64,000 nucleotides of DNA from an uncultured Gemmatimonadales bacterium (GTDB lineage Bacteria > Gemmatimonadota > Gemmatimonadetes > Gemmatimonadales > Gemmatimonadaceae), in NCBI GenBank assembly GCA_963793305.1, contig CAWBZV010000002.1, positions 480,001 through 544,000 on the forward strand. The letters run 5' to 3'. This document shows positions 1-9,970 of this stretch, piece after piece. Position 1 is the first letter of the stretch. Every line of letters begins with the position of its first letter. The notes beneath the pieces are model-generated. The model made no database searches. It was not told the origin of the DNA and saw nothing but the letters and a program-made list of their open reading frames with translations. A program made the translations under genes and the position numbers.

Positions 1-548
1 TCGATCATGATTGCCCGGGCTTCCTTTTCCACCTCATACCGGCGGTCTTTCGTGAGCGCCAACCTATAGAGATTGTCCTGCGCGACCGCCTCGGTGCGGA
101 AATCGCAATACTGCACGCGGGCCAGTAGAACCTGGCTGGACTGTGTTGTGATCGAGCGGACCAGTGCGCCCGCCGTGGTAAGAATCGCTACTCCTTCGAC
201 TCCACTGGCGCCCGGACAGTACCAGGTCCAGGCCTCATCGGATTCTGTGGTGTCTAAGCGCCAGCAGTTCGCATATGTCGTCGACCGGAAAACCTTCGAG
301 AGGCGGTCGCCCCAGGAGCCAGGTCTCGGACGCAAGTCCTCCTCGCGAACTCCTACACTGCGGAAGTAGGCATTTCGGTCGTCGACATTTCGTTGGGGAA
401 AGGTGCCCTCGAGTTGATCTTCGAAATTGTCGATCCTTGAGAAGAAGAGATACCGGCCTAGGACCATCTGCTCATATCTTGAGTAAGGCAGATATCTCCA
501 AATAGTTTCATCGTCGCGCGCCTGCTCGTAGAACAAAGATTGAGACAT
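1..548 (-). CDS. DUF2971-like protein (5' part; runs off the window)
   Basis: Not in ORF track; manual translation from ATG 548: MSQSLFYEQARDDETIWRYLPYSRYEQMVLGRYLFFSRIDNFEDQLEG...ANCWRLDTTESDEAWTWYC...GVAILTT, matching the IWRY / F.R.D.FED..EG / CW....ES..W..Y pattern of this family. Confidence 0.6.
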   Translation of the reverse strand, partial: MSQSLFYEQARDDETIWRYLPYSRYEQMVLGRYLFFSRIDNFEDQLEGTFPQRNVDDRNAYFRSVGVREEDLRPRPGSWGDRLSKVFRSTTYANCWRLDTTESDEAWTWYCPGASGVEGVAILTTAGALVRSITTQSSQVLLARVQYCDFRTEAVAQDNLYRLALTKDRRYEVEKEARAIMI

Positions 549-699
549 GCCAATCGCTCGATTTTCGGTGCGTAGAGAACGGAGTCCTCAAGAGGCTGTG
601 ACGCCCACGCGGGTATGTGCGCTGCCACGCATTCGCAATAAATTACCCTGAGGTGGGTGGATCAGATCGGTCAACAAACCGGTGATATCGGAAGGGGTT

Positions 700-888
700 A
701 TGACAGTGAAAGAACGAGTGCTGGATGTTGTTCGCGACCTGCCAGATGATGCCACGATAGAGGACGCGATTTACAGATTGCATCTGCTTGCTAAGATCGA
801 CCAGGGTCTGGCCCAAGGTGCCGCTGGAGATACGCTGAGCCAAGAAGAAGTCCGCCGCCGCCTGGCGCCCTACCTGGCGCCTCGCTGA
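700..888 (+). CDS. Putative type II antitoxin
   Basis: 62 aa MTVKERVLDVVRDLPDDATIEDAIYRL...EEVRRRL, typical of ParE-associated antitoxins; GAAGGGG RBS; directly upstream of the toxin. Confidence 0.75.
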   Translation: MTVKERVLDVVRDLPDDATIEDAIYRLHLLAKIDQGLAQGAAGDTLSQEEVRRRLAPYLAPR

Positions 889-1223
889 CTAACCCTGAAA
901 GTCCGACCCCTGTCGGCGTTCGTTGGGCACTTCAGGCGGTCGATGACCTCGCGGCGATCTGCCAGTACATTGGGCGAGATTCGCCGTCAGCTGCTGCTGC
1001 GTTCGCAGAGCGCGTACTCCACGCTGTCAGTGGAGCTGCTCTCTTTCCGCTAGCCGGTCGTACGGTCCCTGAAGTAAGACGGTCGGACGTTCGTGAAGTG
1101 TTCGTACACAGCTACCGGGTGATTTATCAGGTTTCGGAGAATGCAGTCCTTATACTGACGGTATATCACGGCGCTCGTGCGTCCCTCCGCGAAACACTGG
1201 ACCCGCGACTCCCGTCACGTTGA
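885..1223 (+). CDS. RelE/ParE family toxin (probable CTG start)
   Basis: Not in ORF track; frame reads VRWALQAVDDLAAICQYIGRDSPSAA...FPLAGRTVPE...YRVIYQV...ILTVYHGAR, stop 1221-1223; only nearby start is CTG 885 overlapping the antitoxin TGA. Confidence 0.8.
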   Translation: MTNPESPTPVGVRWALQAVDDLAAICQYIGRDSPSAAAAFAERVLHAVSGAALFPLAGRTVPEVRRSDVREVFVHSYRVIYQVSENAVLILTVYHGARASLRETLDPRLPSR

Positions 1224-1321
1224 GACAGGTCAATGTGACCGGACTTGTGCTCGCTCGCCGCCGTTCGCACCCGGCTTCGAAATGAACAGTTAACCCAGGA
1301 GCGGGCGTCAGGGCGCCGGCT

Positions 1322-1640
1322 TCAGGATGGTCGCTCATACGCCGTTGAAAGAGCGCCCTGTGCGTCCAATAGTCGTTCCAGCTGCAGGGCCACGTTCACA
1401 TAGTCCGTAGTGTCAGCCTCGGAAAGCGCGAAGTCCGGCAAATGCACGGCCTTGTTTCGCAGGTCGCGTAGCTCCACGAGGAGTCGGCACTGATCGGAGG
1501 TCAAGATCTCCGCATCACGGAGTGCCTTTTCGATATTGCGCGGTGTCCGCATTATGACGGAGCCCATAACAAGGCCTCTCCGAGTCATTGCCCTGGCTGC
1601 TGTTCGTTCAACACCCAGCCAAGCGCCCGACGAGGCCACG
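1322..1640 (-). pseudogene. HEPN/DUF4145-like protein fragment
   Basis: AWLGVE...ELRDLRNKAVH contains an R-x4-H motif; no convincing N-terminus; 5' boundary approximate. Confidence 0.45.
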
Positions 1641-1799
1641 CAGCGCGCCGCGTTGGAGCAGCGCCAATCACTGCACGCCAGCGGTCTCACACGGCGCTAG
1701 TGAATTTGACACCAGATGTGACCCTGACGCCCCGAGCAGCAGAAAAAGAAAACCTCGCGCAGCGTTGCAACGCTAAGCGAAGTTGAGAGATCGAGAGTA

Positions 1800-1873
1800 T
1801 GGGCCGAGGAGGAGTTGAACCTCCGACCTCTCGCTTATCAGGCGAGCGCTCTAACCACCTGAGCTACCGGCCC
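1800..1873 (-). tRNA. tRNA-Ile(GAT)
   Basis: GGGCCGGTAGCTCAGGTGGTTAGAGC..CTGATAA..GGTTCAACTCC..CGGCCCA cloverleaf; CCA not encoded. Confidence 0.97.
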
Positions 1874-1913
1874 CAGTGACGCGCGGAGCAAAGTAAGGTA
1901 GCGGGAGCACCCG

Positions 1914-2375
1914 TTACACGCCACCGGCGAGGATGCGCTGGATCTGCGCGATGTGGTTGGCGTCGTGTCCAACCATGTGCGTCGCGAGAGAGCGCACGGT
2001 GAGGCGCCCGCGCTCGGCGTGCGTGCCGGAACGTTCCCACTCGGCGGGCGAAAGACGCGAGAGAACAGTGACGTTGGCTTGGCGCAAGAGACGGTACATG
2101 TCGAGCGCATCGCGCGCGGTCCATGATGCGTAGTCGCCGAGCCGCGCCCACAGTTCCTGGTCGAAGCCCGGCAACGCCACGCCGTCATTCTCGATCATCT
2201 GACGATAGCGCCAGCTGCTCGTGAGCTCGTCCTCGGCGAGATGCGCGATGATCTCGACGACTGACCACTTGCCGGGCGCCGGGCGGCGGCGAAGCGCTTC
2301 GTCGGATACGCCCGAGATGAGTTGCGCCAGCGTCGCAGGCGCGCTGCGTTGGGCCGCGAGTGTGTCGGTGGTCAT
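1914..2375 (-). CDS. DinB/YfiT family metal-dependent protein
   Basis: KWSVVEIIAHLAE...HMVGHDANH motifs; ATG 2375 overlaps the XRE gene stop. Confidence 0.85.
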   Translation of the reverse strand: MTTDTLAAQRSAPATLAQLISGVSDEALRRRPAPGKWSVVEIIAHLAEDELTSSWRYRQMIENDGVALPGFDQELWARLGDYASWTARDALDMYRLLRQANVTVLSRLSPAEWERSGTHAERGRLTVRSLATHMVGHDANHIAQIQRILAGGV

Positions 2376-2917
2376 GGCTTCGGACCAAGTGATGTGATGT
2401 CGATCCCGTCCTGGGCAAGCACGGACGTGATGTAGCGCCACATCGCCTCGATGTCCGCGAGCACCGACGCGGTCGTGCGATCGCGCGGCGCCGCGCGATG
2501 GAGTGCGGTGGATGCGGCACTGAGGAGCAACTGATCGGCTTCCTTGCGCTGGGCCGCCGAGACGCCGATCGCGATCAACCGCCCCTGGTAGCCGTGAATG
2601 AGCTCGTACGCCTCAGGCGGAATGCGCCGCTCGAGCGCCGCGCTCGCGCTCGCGTCGAATGGCGGAAACTCCGCGGGCGGGCGAATCGCGACGTCCTCGC
2701 CGGAGCCGACGAGGTATTCCATCGTCACGTGCAACACGTCGGCGAGCCGCGCGATAACCGCAGGGTCCTTGGGTCGAACACCACTGTTCTCCCAACGACT
2801 GACCGTGTTCCGCTCCACCCCGACTGCCTTGGCGAGGTCGCCCTGCGTCATCCGGGCCCCAGCTGGGGTCCGGATGCGCTGTCGAGCCTCCCGGAGCCGG
2901 TCGGCAAAGAGCGTCAT
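2372..2917 (-). CDS. XRE-family HTH regulator (CI-like)
   Basis: MTQGDLAKAVGVERNTVSRWEN HTH_3 plus a helical C-terminal domain. Confidence 0.85.
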   Translation of the reverse strand: MTLFADRLREARQRIRTPAGARMTQGDLAKAVGVERNTVSRWENSGVRPKDPAVIARLADVLHVTMEYLVGSGEDVAIRPPAEFPPFDASASAALERRIPPEAYELIHGYQGRLIAIGVSAAQRKEADQLLLSAASTALHRAAPRDRTTASVLADIEAMWRYITSVLAQDGIDITSLGPKP

Positions 2918-2933
2918 GTGCGTAGCGAAGTCA

Positions 2934-2975
2934 GTATCAGGTGACCCTTGACATGATACCTGAGGATATCATCTT
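2934..2975. promoter_or_regulatory. Divergent promoter/operator region
   Basis: TTGACA 2948-2953; inverted repeats ATGATA(2953)-N8-TATCAT(2967) and GTATCA(2934)...TGATAC(2954). Confidence 0.55.
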
Positions 2976-3027
2976 ATGCCATGACAAGACACACATACGT
3001 TCACTTTTCCACGGTGGACTGGCCAAA

Positions 3028-3243
3028 ATGGCTATGACCCCCAAGGAACGCAAGGCGGCCTTCCGCGCGGCGGCCACCATGCACGAGGTCACCATGGCCA
3101 ACGCGGCCCGTCGTCTCGGCGTCAGCTATAACCATCTGATGCTCGTCCTGAACGGCGACCGCAAAGGCAGTTCCGCGCTGAAATCCCGTATCGCCGACTT
3201 TCTCGGCTGTGCAGCACCAGAGGTATTCGAACAGGAGCGCTGA
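3028..3243 (+). CDS. Small Cro-like HTH protein
   Basis: 71 aa, TMANAARRLGVSYNHLMLVLNG...RIADFLG; divergent from the XRE gene. Confidence 0.8.
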   Translation: MAMTPKERKAAFRAAATMHEVTMANAARRLGVSYNHLMLVLNGDRKGSSALKSRIADFLGCAAPEVFEQER

Positions 3244-3261
3244 CGCTTAAGTTTGTGACCG

Positions 3262-4390
3262 ATGCCGACGACGCAGCCGAACGCCGCGCGCCGATATGCG
3301 CGCATCACGGCGGATACGCGTCGCCTGGCCGCGGTCCGCGCTACTGGACTGCCTGAAGGACGAGGGCCCCGAGATCGGTTCGAGCGACTCGCCGCTGTCG
3401 CCGCGCGGCTGCTCGATGCCCCAGTCGCCATCGTCTCCCTCGTCGACGCCCAACGCGACGTTCTGGGTCGGACTGACCGGCGTCCCACCCGCCGTCGCCG
3501 CCGCCGGCGGTACCACGATGCGCCCCTCCTTCTGCCAAGCCATCATCGCCTCCACCGGCGATGCGCTCGCCATCCCCGATGCGCGCGTCGACCCCGTCTT
3601 CTCGACGTTCCCGTCCGTCACCGCCCTCGGCGTCGTCGCCTGCCTCGGCGTCCCGCTCATCACCCGAGCCGGACTCCCCCTCGGCAGCTGCTGCGTCTAT
3701 GACATGAGACCCCGCGACTGGACCCGAGAGGACATCGAGACCCTGAGCGCCCTCGGCGCCGGCGCCGTCGCCGAGATGGAACGCCTGGCCGCCGTCACCG
3801 CCGGCGACGAGACCAGCGACGCCGTCGTGCGCTACCTCGGCGCCGCCATCGATACCATTGATACGCTCGCCCGCGTGATGCCATCCCAATGCGACACGAG
3901 TCGCATCACACGCGTGTCCCAAACCGCCGCCACGGTCGCACGCCAGTTCGGGACTCTCGCACGGGCGCTCCCCGCCACAGGCACGATCGACCTCGCCGTC
4001 ACCGCCCACGATATCTGGCGACTCCTCCAGATCGTCGCCGGCGAAGAAGCCTCCGTCACCCTCGATTTCACGGACGGACTTCCAGCCGTCGCCATCGATC
4101 ACACCCGCATGGTGCGGCTACTCGTGACGCTCGTCGCCGGCGCGCGCGACGCGCTCAATGGCCGCGGGTGGATACAGATCGCCGCCGAGCCCGGCGATAC
4201 GAATACGGTTCGCATGACCGTCCGCGCCGTCAACGCCAGCGCGCCCCTCGGCATTCCGCTCTCGGGCGGCGCCATCATCGCCGCCGACCAACTGCTCCGC
4301 GTGTGTGGCGCTACCGTCACCACACACGAGGAGAGCGTCGCTGTCGCCCTACTCCGCGCGGCGGATGGCCGCGCCGATCGTCTCGAATAG
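3262..4390 (+). CDS. GAF domain protein with degenerate histidine-kinase-like C-terminus (frameshift ~3461)
   Basis: RLAAVRATGL..FERLA..AARLLDAPVAIVSLVD joined to FCQAII...DAR.DP..GVPL..GS.CV.D.RPRDW by removing 1 nt. Confidence 0.75.
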
Positions 4391-5665
4391 CCGGTCGATC
4401 TGCTCCGGCTCGACGATGAGCGGCGGCGACACCGCGATCGTGTCGCCCGTCGTCCTGATCATCACGCCCTGCTCGAAGCAATCGAGGAAGACGTCGAACG
4501 CACGCGTCGTCGCGCCCGGCACACCGCGCGGCTCGAGCTCGATCGCCGCCACGAGACCAATGTTGCGAATGTCGATCACGTGCGGCAGCCCGCGCAGCGC
4601 ATGCGCCGCATCCCCAAACCGGTCGGCGAGCGATGCCGCACGGTCAAACAGCCCCTCGCTCTCGTAGACATCGAGCGCCGCCAATCCCGCCGCGGCCGCG
4701 AGCGGATGCCCCGAGTAGGTATAACCATGAAATAACTCGATGCCGCCATTGCTTGCGTCGATCAGCGCCTCGTAAATGCCCGAGCGAACAAAGGTGCCAC
4801 CCATAGGGACGCTGCCGTTCGTCATCCCCTTCGCCACCGTCATGATGTCCGGCACGACATTGAAATACTCGGCCGCGAACGGCGCACCCAACCGACCGAA
4901 CCCCGTGATCACCTCGTCAAAGATCAACAGAATCCCGTGCTCGGCCGTGATCGCGCGCAGACGCTCGAGATACCCAACCGGAGGAATGAGCACACCCGTG
5001 GAGCCCGCGACCGGCTCGACAATGACGGCAGCGATCGTCGACGCGCCGCGCTCCCGAATGACCCGCTCGAGGTCGTCGGCCAGATGCGCGCCGTGCTTCG
5101 GTTGACCGCGCGAGAATGCGTTCGTCGGATGGAGGTGGGTATCGACGATGTGATCGATCCCTGGCAGGCCCGAACCAAATTGCTTGCGATTGTTCTCGAT
5201 GCCGCCGACCGCCAGGCCGCCGAATCCCACGCCATGATAGGCGCGGTTCCGCCCGACGAAACGCGTACGCCCAGTCTCCCCACGCGCGTGATGGTAAGCG
5301 AGCGCGATCTTGAGCGCCGTGTCGACCGCCTCGGATCCCGAGTTCGAGAAGAACATGTGGTCGAGATCGCCGGGGGCAATCGCCGTCAGGCGAGCAGCCA
5401 GTTCGAACGCGAGCGGGTGACCGACTTGAAAACCGGGTGCGTAGTCGAGCTCGGCCGCCTCTTCCTGTATGGCGGCGACGATCGGCTCGCGGCAATGCCC
5501 CGCGTTCACGCACCACAGCCCGGCCGCACCATTGAGAATGCGGCGCCCGTCGGCCGCCGTGTAGTACATCCCCTTAGCCGAGACCAAGAGACGCGGCGCT
5601 CGCTTGAACGCCTTGTTCGCCGTGAACGGCATCCACAGCGCATCGAGTGTTACGGTTCCCGTCAT
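4349..5665 (-). CDS. Omega-amino acid:pyruvate aminotransferase (class III)
   Basis: WMPFTAN, GLWCVNAGH, NSGSEAVD, LIFDEVITGFGR, TVAKG, FHGYTYSGHP. Confidence 0.92.
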   Translation of the reverse strand: MTGTVTLDALWMPFTANKAFKRAPRLLVSAKGMYYTAADGRRILNGAAGLWCVNAGHCREPIVAAIQEEAAELDYAPGFQVGHPLAFELAARLTAIAPGDLDHMFFSNSGSEAVDTALKIALAYHHARGETGRTRFVGRNRAYHGVGFGGLAVGGIENNRKQFGSGLPGIDHIVDTHLHPTNAFSRGQPKHGAHLADDLERVIRERGASTIAAVIVEPVAGSTGVLIPPVGYLERLRAITAEHGILLIFDEVITGFGRLGAPFAAEYFNVVPDIMTVAKGMTNGSVPMGGTFVRSGIYEALIDASNGGIELFHGYTYSGHPLAAAAGLAALDVYESEGLFDRAASLADRFGDAAHALRGLPHVIDIRNIGLVAAIELEPRGVPGATTRAFDVFLDCFEQGVMIRTTGDTIAVSPPLIVEPEQIDRLFETIGAAIRRAE

Positions 5666-5717
5666 AATACCCGTATAATCGATGTTGCTCATATAACGGG
5701 GCAACTGTCTTATCCTT

Positions 5718-6770
5718 GTGCCGCCCACTGCTCAGGAAACACGTGCCTTGCCGTTGCTGGTCGTCGATGACGATGCGGCGGTCCGACGTTCCCTGGGGTC
5801 GGTTCTCGCCTCACTCGGCTACGCGGTAGAGACGGCCGAATCGGGCCAGGCCGCGCTGGCGCTGCTGGTCCGGGGCAAGTTCGCGGCGATGCTCTGCGAC
5901 GTGCGCATGCCCCAACTGAGCGGGCTCGAAGTGATCCCCAGCGCCCGCGACATCGACCCCGAGCTGGCGATCATCATGGTCAGTGCGGTCAACGAGGCCG
6001 AAACCGCCACCGAGGCGCTCAGGGCGGGGGCGGTCGACTACGTGACGAAGCCGATCGAGATCGATTCCATTAAGGGATCGATCGAGCGCGCGCTGAACGA
6101 ACGCGCCGCCGCTCGGCGCCGGTCCCAACGCGCGCTGCGCGAGGCCGTCGCGGCCCGAACCTCGGCGCTCGAACGCGAAAAGGCGGCCCTGCGGGGGCTG
6201 ACGATCAGTACGGCCGAGGCCCTCCTCAAAGCGATGGAAGCCAAAGACCCGTATCTCAAAGGCCACTCCACCCGCGTGTCCGAGCTCGCCGGTCAGGTCG
6301 CTCAGACACTCGGCCTCGACGCCGAGATGATCGAGAATGTCCACCTCGCCGGGCGGCTGGCGGACATCGGCAAGATCGGCACGCGGGAAGATGTCCTCCA
6401 CAAGAATGGCCCGCTGACGCCCGAAGAGTTCGACCACGTGCAAGACCACGTGCGCATCGGCCTCGAGATCCTCGCGCCGCTCAATCACCTCGGCGTCGTG
6501 CTCGACTACGTGCACGATCACCACGAGCACTACGACGGGACCGGGTATCCCCGAGCCCTCGAAGGCTCCGCGATCTCGATCGGCGGTCGAATCCTCGCGG
6601 CAGCCGATGCCTTTGTCGCGCTCACGTCACGACGCGCCTACCGCGAGCCGATGTCGGAGACCGACGCGATCGAACACTTGAGAGAAAGCGCCGGCTCGCT
6701 GCTCGACTGGACCGTGTACGCGGCGCTCCGCACCGTCATCGCCGAGAGGTTGGGAATAGCACTGGATTAG
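5718..6770 (+). CDS. Response regulator with HD-GYP-like domain (RpfG-like)
   Basis: LVVDDD/CDVRMP/KP receiver; KDPY..GHS.RV, DIGKIG, HHEHYDGTGYP. Confidence 0.9.
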   Translation: MPPTAQETRALPLLVVDDDAAVRRSLGSVLASLGYAVETAESGQAALALLVRGKFAAMLCDVRMPQLSGLEVIPSARDIDPELAIIMVSAVNEAETATEALRAGAVDYVTKPIEIDSIKGSIERALNERAAARRRSQRALREAVAARTSALEREKAALRGLTISTAEALLKAMEAKDPYLKGHSTRVSELAGQVAQTLGLDAEMIENVHLAGRLADIGKIGTREDVLHKNGPLTPEEFDHVQDHVRIGLEILAPLNHLGVVLDYVHDHHEHYDGTGYPRALEGSAISIGGRILAAADAFVALTSRRAYREPMSETDAIEHLRESAGSLLDWTVYAALRTVIAERLGIALD

Positions 6771-6799
6771 TGGCGCGGCGCTTGCTTCTTTATGTAATA

Positions 6800-8218
6800 G
6801 TGGAACTGCGAGAGCGCCTGCAAGCGGCGATCGGTACAGAATACGAAGTCGGCTCCGAGCTCGGTGGCGGCGTGCAGAGCCGCGTCTATGCCGCTCGGGA
6901 CACCGAGCTGGACCGTCCAGTCGTCATCAAAGTTCTTCCGCCCGAGCTCGCCGCAGGCGAGGGCATAGAGCGTTTCCGCCGCGAAATTCGACTCGTCGCG
7001 GGGCTGCAGCACCCACATATCGTCCCGTTGCTGGTCGCCGGCGAAGCCGATGGGCTGCTCTACTACACGATGCCGCTCGTCACTGGCGAGTCGCTTCGCG
7101 CCGTGCTCGACCGCGAAGGCCCGCGAGATATCGAGTTCGTCGCGACAGTCATGGCCGAGGTGGCGAGCGCACTGGTCTACGCGCATGGACGGAACATTGT
7201 CCACCGCGACGTCAAACCCGGCAACATCTTCGTTGAGGCCGAGTCCGGCCGGATCTTGCTCGCCGACTTCGGCGTCGCGCGACGCATCGGATTCGAGGGA
7301 ACGGTCACCGCGAGCGGCGTCGCGATCGGCACGCCAGCCTATATGTCGCCAGAGTCCCTCGACGGCGGACCCGTTGATGGCCGCAGCGACATTTTCAGCC
7401 TGGGCCTCGTCGCCTGGGAACTGCTCGTCGGCGAGCGGCCGTGGCAGAGCGAGACCCTGTACTCGCTGATCTACAGCCAGAAATGCGAGCCGACGCCATC
7501 GCTCGTCGATCGTCGGCCCGATGTCCCGAAGCGTCTCCGGATCGCGATCGAGCGCTGCTTGAAGAAAGACGCCGACGAACGGTGGGAGAGCGCCGACGTG
7601 CTCCTCGCCTATCTCTGCGATACCGAGGCCGACGAGCCTCGCCTCGTCCGCCGTCGGACGTTGGCCGCGGGTCCAGCCACCCAGCGGCCGGAGCCCTCGT
7701 TCCGTCCGCGCGCACCACGGACACTCTCGGCAGGGCGCCTCGAGGTTCGGTGGAACGGCGATCTGCCGGTCGTGATCCCGCCGCGACTCAAAGCCCGAGG
7801 CCGACGCCTGTGGCCGCCTGCCATCGTACTGGCCGCCGCTCTCGTGCTGGCCGTTGGACTGCGTTTTACCCAACACGTCAGCGCTTCGCCAGCCGTCGTC
7901 GCCGAGGCCAATGGAGACGTCCCGTCCCTCCCAGCTGTCGATGTAACGGCAAGCGCCCCGGTCGTGCCCGTGGTGGAAAGACGCACGACCTCGCAGTTGG
8001 ACCGCGTGTTCGCGTCGGTCGTCGTTGCGATGAGAAGGAGAGGCGGCGAGTCCGCCGTGCGCGAGCTCCAGCGCGCCGAAACCATGTGGGAGGCCGGCCG
8101 CCGTCGCGACTGCGCACGCCAGGTGAGCGACGATGCCCGAGCGCGCTGCTCGTCGCGGCTGGCGACGCTGCGCGCCGAAGAATTGTCGGAGCTGCTGGAG
8201 CGCACCCGGTCCCGTTAG
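6800..8218 (+). CDS. Hanks-type Ser/Thr protein kinase with TM segment
   Basis: VVIK, HRDVKPGN, DFG, GTPAYMSPE, D.RSDIFSLG; likely GTG start 6800. Confidence 0.92.
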   Translation: MELRERLQAAIGTEYEVGSELGGGVQSRVYAARDTELDRPVVIKVLPPELAAGEGIERFRREIRLVAGLQHPHIVPLLVAGEADGLLYYTMPLVTGESLRAVLDREGPRDIEFVATVMAEVASALVYAHGRNIVHRDVKPGNIFVEAESGRILLADFGVARRIGFEGTVTASGVAIGTPAYMSPESLDGGPVDGRSDIFSLGLVAWELLVGERPWQSETLYSLIYSQKCEPTPSLVDRRPDVPKRLRIAIERCLKKDADERWESADVLLAYLCDTEADEPRLVRRRTLAAGPATQRPEPSFRPRAPRTLSAGRLEVRWNGDLPVVIPPRLKARGRRLWPPAIVLAAALVLAVGLRFTQHVSASPAVVAEANGDVPSLPAVDVTASAPVVPVVERRTTSQLDRVFASVVVAMRRRGGESAVRELQRAETMWEAGRRRDCARQVSDDARARCSSRLATLRAEELSELLERTRSR

Positions 8219-8228
8219 CTTGGGGGTC

Positions 8229-8723
8229 ATGGCGGAAGACACGCCGGACCTCAGAAACTTGCCCAAGCGCGAGGCGTACCAAACCCTCGCCACGCACATC
8301 GATTCCGTCCTCGACGGTATCACCGACCCGATCGCCGCCATGGCGACGATCTCCGCTCTGGTGCACCACGGATTCGGCCACCTGTGGACCGGATTCTATC
8401 GCGTCGTCAACGACGGCAAACAGCTCCGCGTAGGACCGTATCAGGGCACACTCGGCTGCCTCGAGATCCACGTCGGCAAGGGCGTATGCGGAACGGCGGC
8501 GGCGAGCAAAGCGACGGTGATCGTCGAGGACGTCCACGCGTTCCCCGGGCACATCACCTGCGACGCCCGGTCGCGGTCCGAGATCGTGGTGCCCGTGTTC
8601 GATACGACCGGCGCGCTGATCGCCGTGTTCGATATCGACAGCGACCGCCCGGCGGCGTTCGATCGCGAAGATCAGATCGGACTCGAGGGCGCCCTCGGCT
8701 GGTTCGCCACTTCGTGCGATTGA
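8229..8723 (+). CDS. msrC: GAF-domain free methionine-(R)-sulfoxide reductase-like protein
   Basis: WTGFY, GPYQGTLGC, GKGVCG, HITCD..SRSEIVVP, DIDS. Confidence 0.8.
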   Translation: MAEDTPDLRNLPKREAYQTLATHIDSVLDGITDPIAAMATISALVHHGFGHLWTGFYRVVNDGKQLRVGPYQGTLGCLEIHVGKGVCGTAAASKATVIVEDVHAFPGHITCDARSRSEIVVPVFDTTGALIAVFDIDSDRPAAFDREDQIGLEGALGWFATSCD

Positions 8724-9476
8724 TGCTCGTGCTCGCCGCGCTCGCCCCACTCGGCGTCGCGGCCCAAGACAACTATGAGATACAGGTCTACGGCTCGCAG
8801 ACCATCGGGCGCGACACGACGATGTTCGAGCTCCACAGCAATTTCACCGCCGATGGGCGGAGAACGGTGCAAGAGGGGTTGTGGCCGACCGAGGACGTTC
8901 GAGCACGAGACCCTCGAGATCACGCACGGCTGGACGCCATGGTTCGAGACCGGGTTCTATCTCTTCACGTATGTCAGCGGCCACGAAGGATGGCAGTGGG
9001 TCGGCGATCACATCCGACCGCGCATCCGCGTGCCTGACTCGTGGGGATGGCCGATCGGCCTGAGTCTCTCGACCGAGATCGGGTATCAGCGGCCGAGGGT
9101 CTCGCAGGATACCTGGACCTGGGAGATCCGTCCGATCATCGACCAGACGATCGGTCGGTGGTACTGGTCGGTCAATCCGGCGCTCGAACGGTCGTGGAAA
9201 GGCGCGACGGTGAACCAGGGTCTCGTGTTCGCGCCGAACGTGACGGTGGGATACGACGTAACCCACTTTGTCAATCTGGCGGCCGAGTACTACGGGTCGT
9301 ACGGACCGATCACCAACTTCTCCCCGTACGACCAACAGCAGCATCAATTGTTCGGCTGCATCAATCTCGATTTCGGCCCGATGTGGGAATTCAACTTCGG
9401 CGTCGGCAACGGATGGACGCCCGCAACCGACCACGTGATCATCGAGATGATCCTTGGCCGCCGAATGGGATTCTAG
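8723..9476 (+). CDS. Putative outer-membrane beta-barrel protein (frameshift ~8898)
   Basis: Signal peptide, QDNYEIQVY, alternating aromatic strands, C-terminal Phe; two frames joined by removing 1 nt. Confidence 0.65.
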
Positions 9477-9970
9477 CGGGAATACCGTCGGCTGAGGTTG
9501 AAGCCGGTCGTCGCGCCGACACTCGGGAGGAGAATGATTCCCGCGAAGCTCACGGCGCACACGAAATGACACGGGCGCGACGTGTCCGTGTGATTGAGCC
9601 GGATGAGCGCAAAACTGCCCAGTCCCCCGACAGCAGTGCCGGCGAGCGCGGCGAGATAGGAGCCGGTCGCGTGTCGCCCGGCCTGTCCGATCAGCGTCGG
9701 CGGGACCGCGGTGGCAAACGCCGCGATGGTGTACCCGCCGACCAAACCGGCCGTGCTCGCGGCATCATCGCTCGCGCCGAAGCGACGCGCGACCCAACGC
9801 GTCGCGATGCCGCCGCCAATGAATCCTATCGGCAACGCCGCGGCGCCGGCCGCAACTTCGGCCGCGAACCGTCCGCCGGTGACTGCTGGTTGGCCACGGC
9901 GTTGCGCGGCCGCGGGTGTGCTGAGACACACCAGGAGCAGCGCTAGGCTTGCTCCGGCGTCCAGCCGCAT
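9473..9970 (-). CDS. Hypothetical secreted/membrane protein
   Basis: Signal-like N-terminus and Gly/Ala-rich hydrophobic helices. Confidence 0.55.
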   Translation of the reverse strand: MRLDAGASLALLLVCLSTPAAAQRRGQPAVTGGRFAAEVAAGAAALPIGFIGGGIATRWVARRFGASDDAASTAGLVGGYTIAAFATAVPPTLIGQAGRHATGSYLAALAGTAVGGLGSFALIRLNHTDTSRPCHFVCAVSFAGIILLPSVGATTGFNLSRRYSR

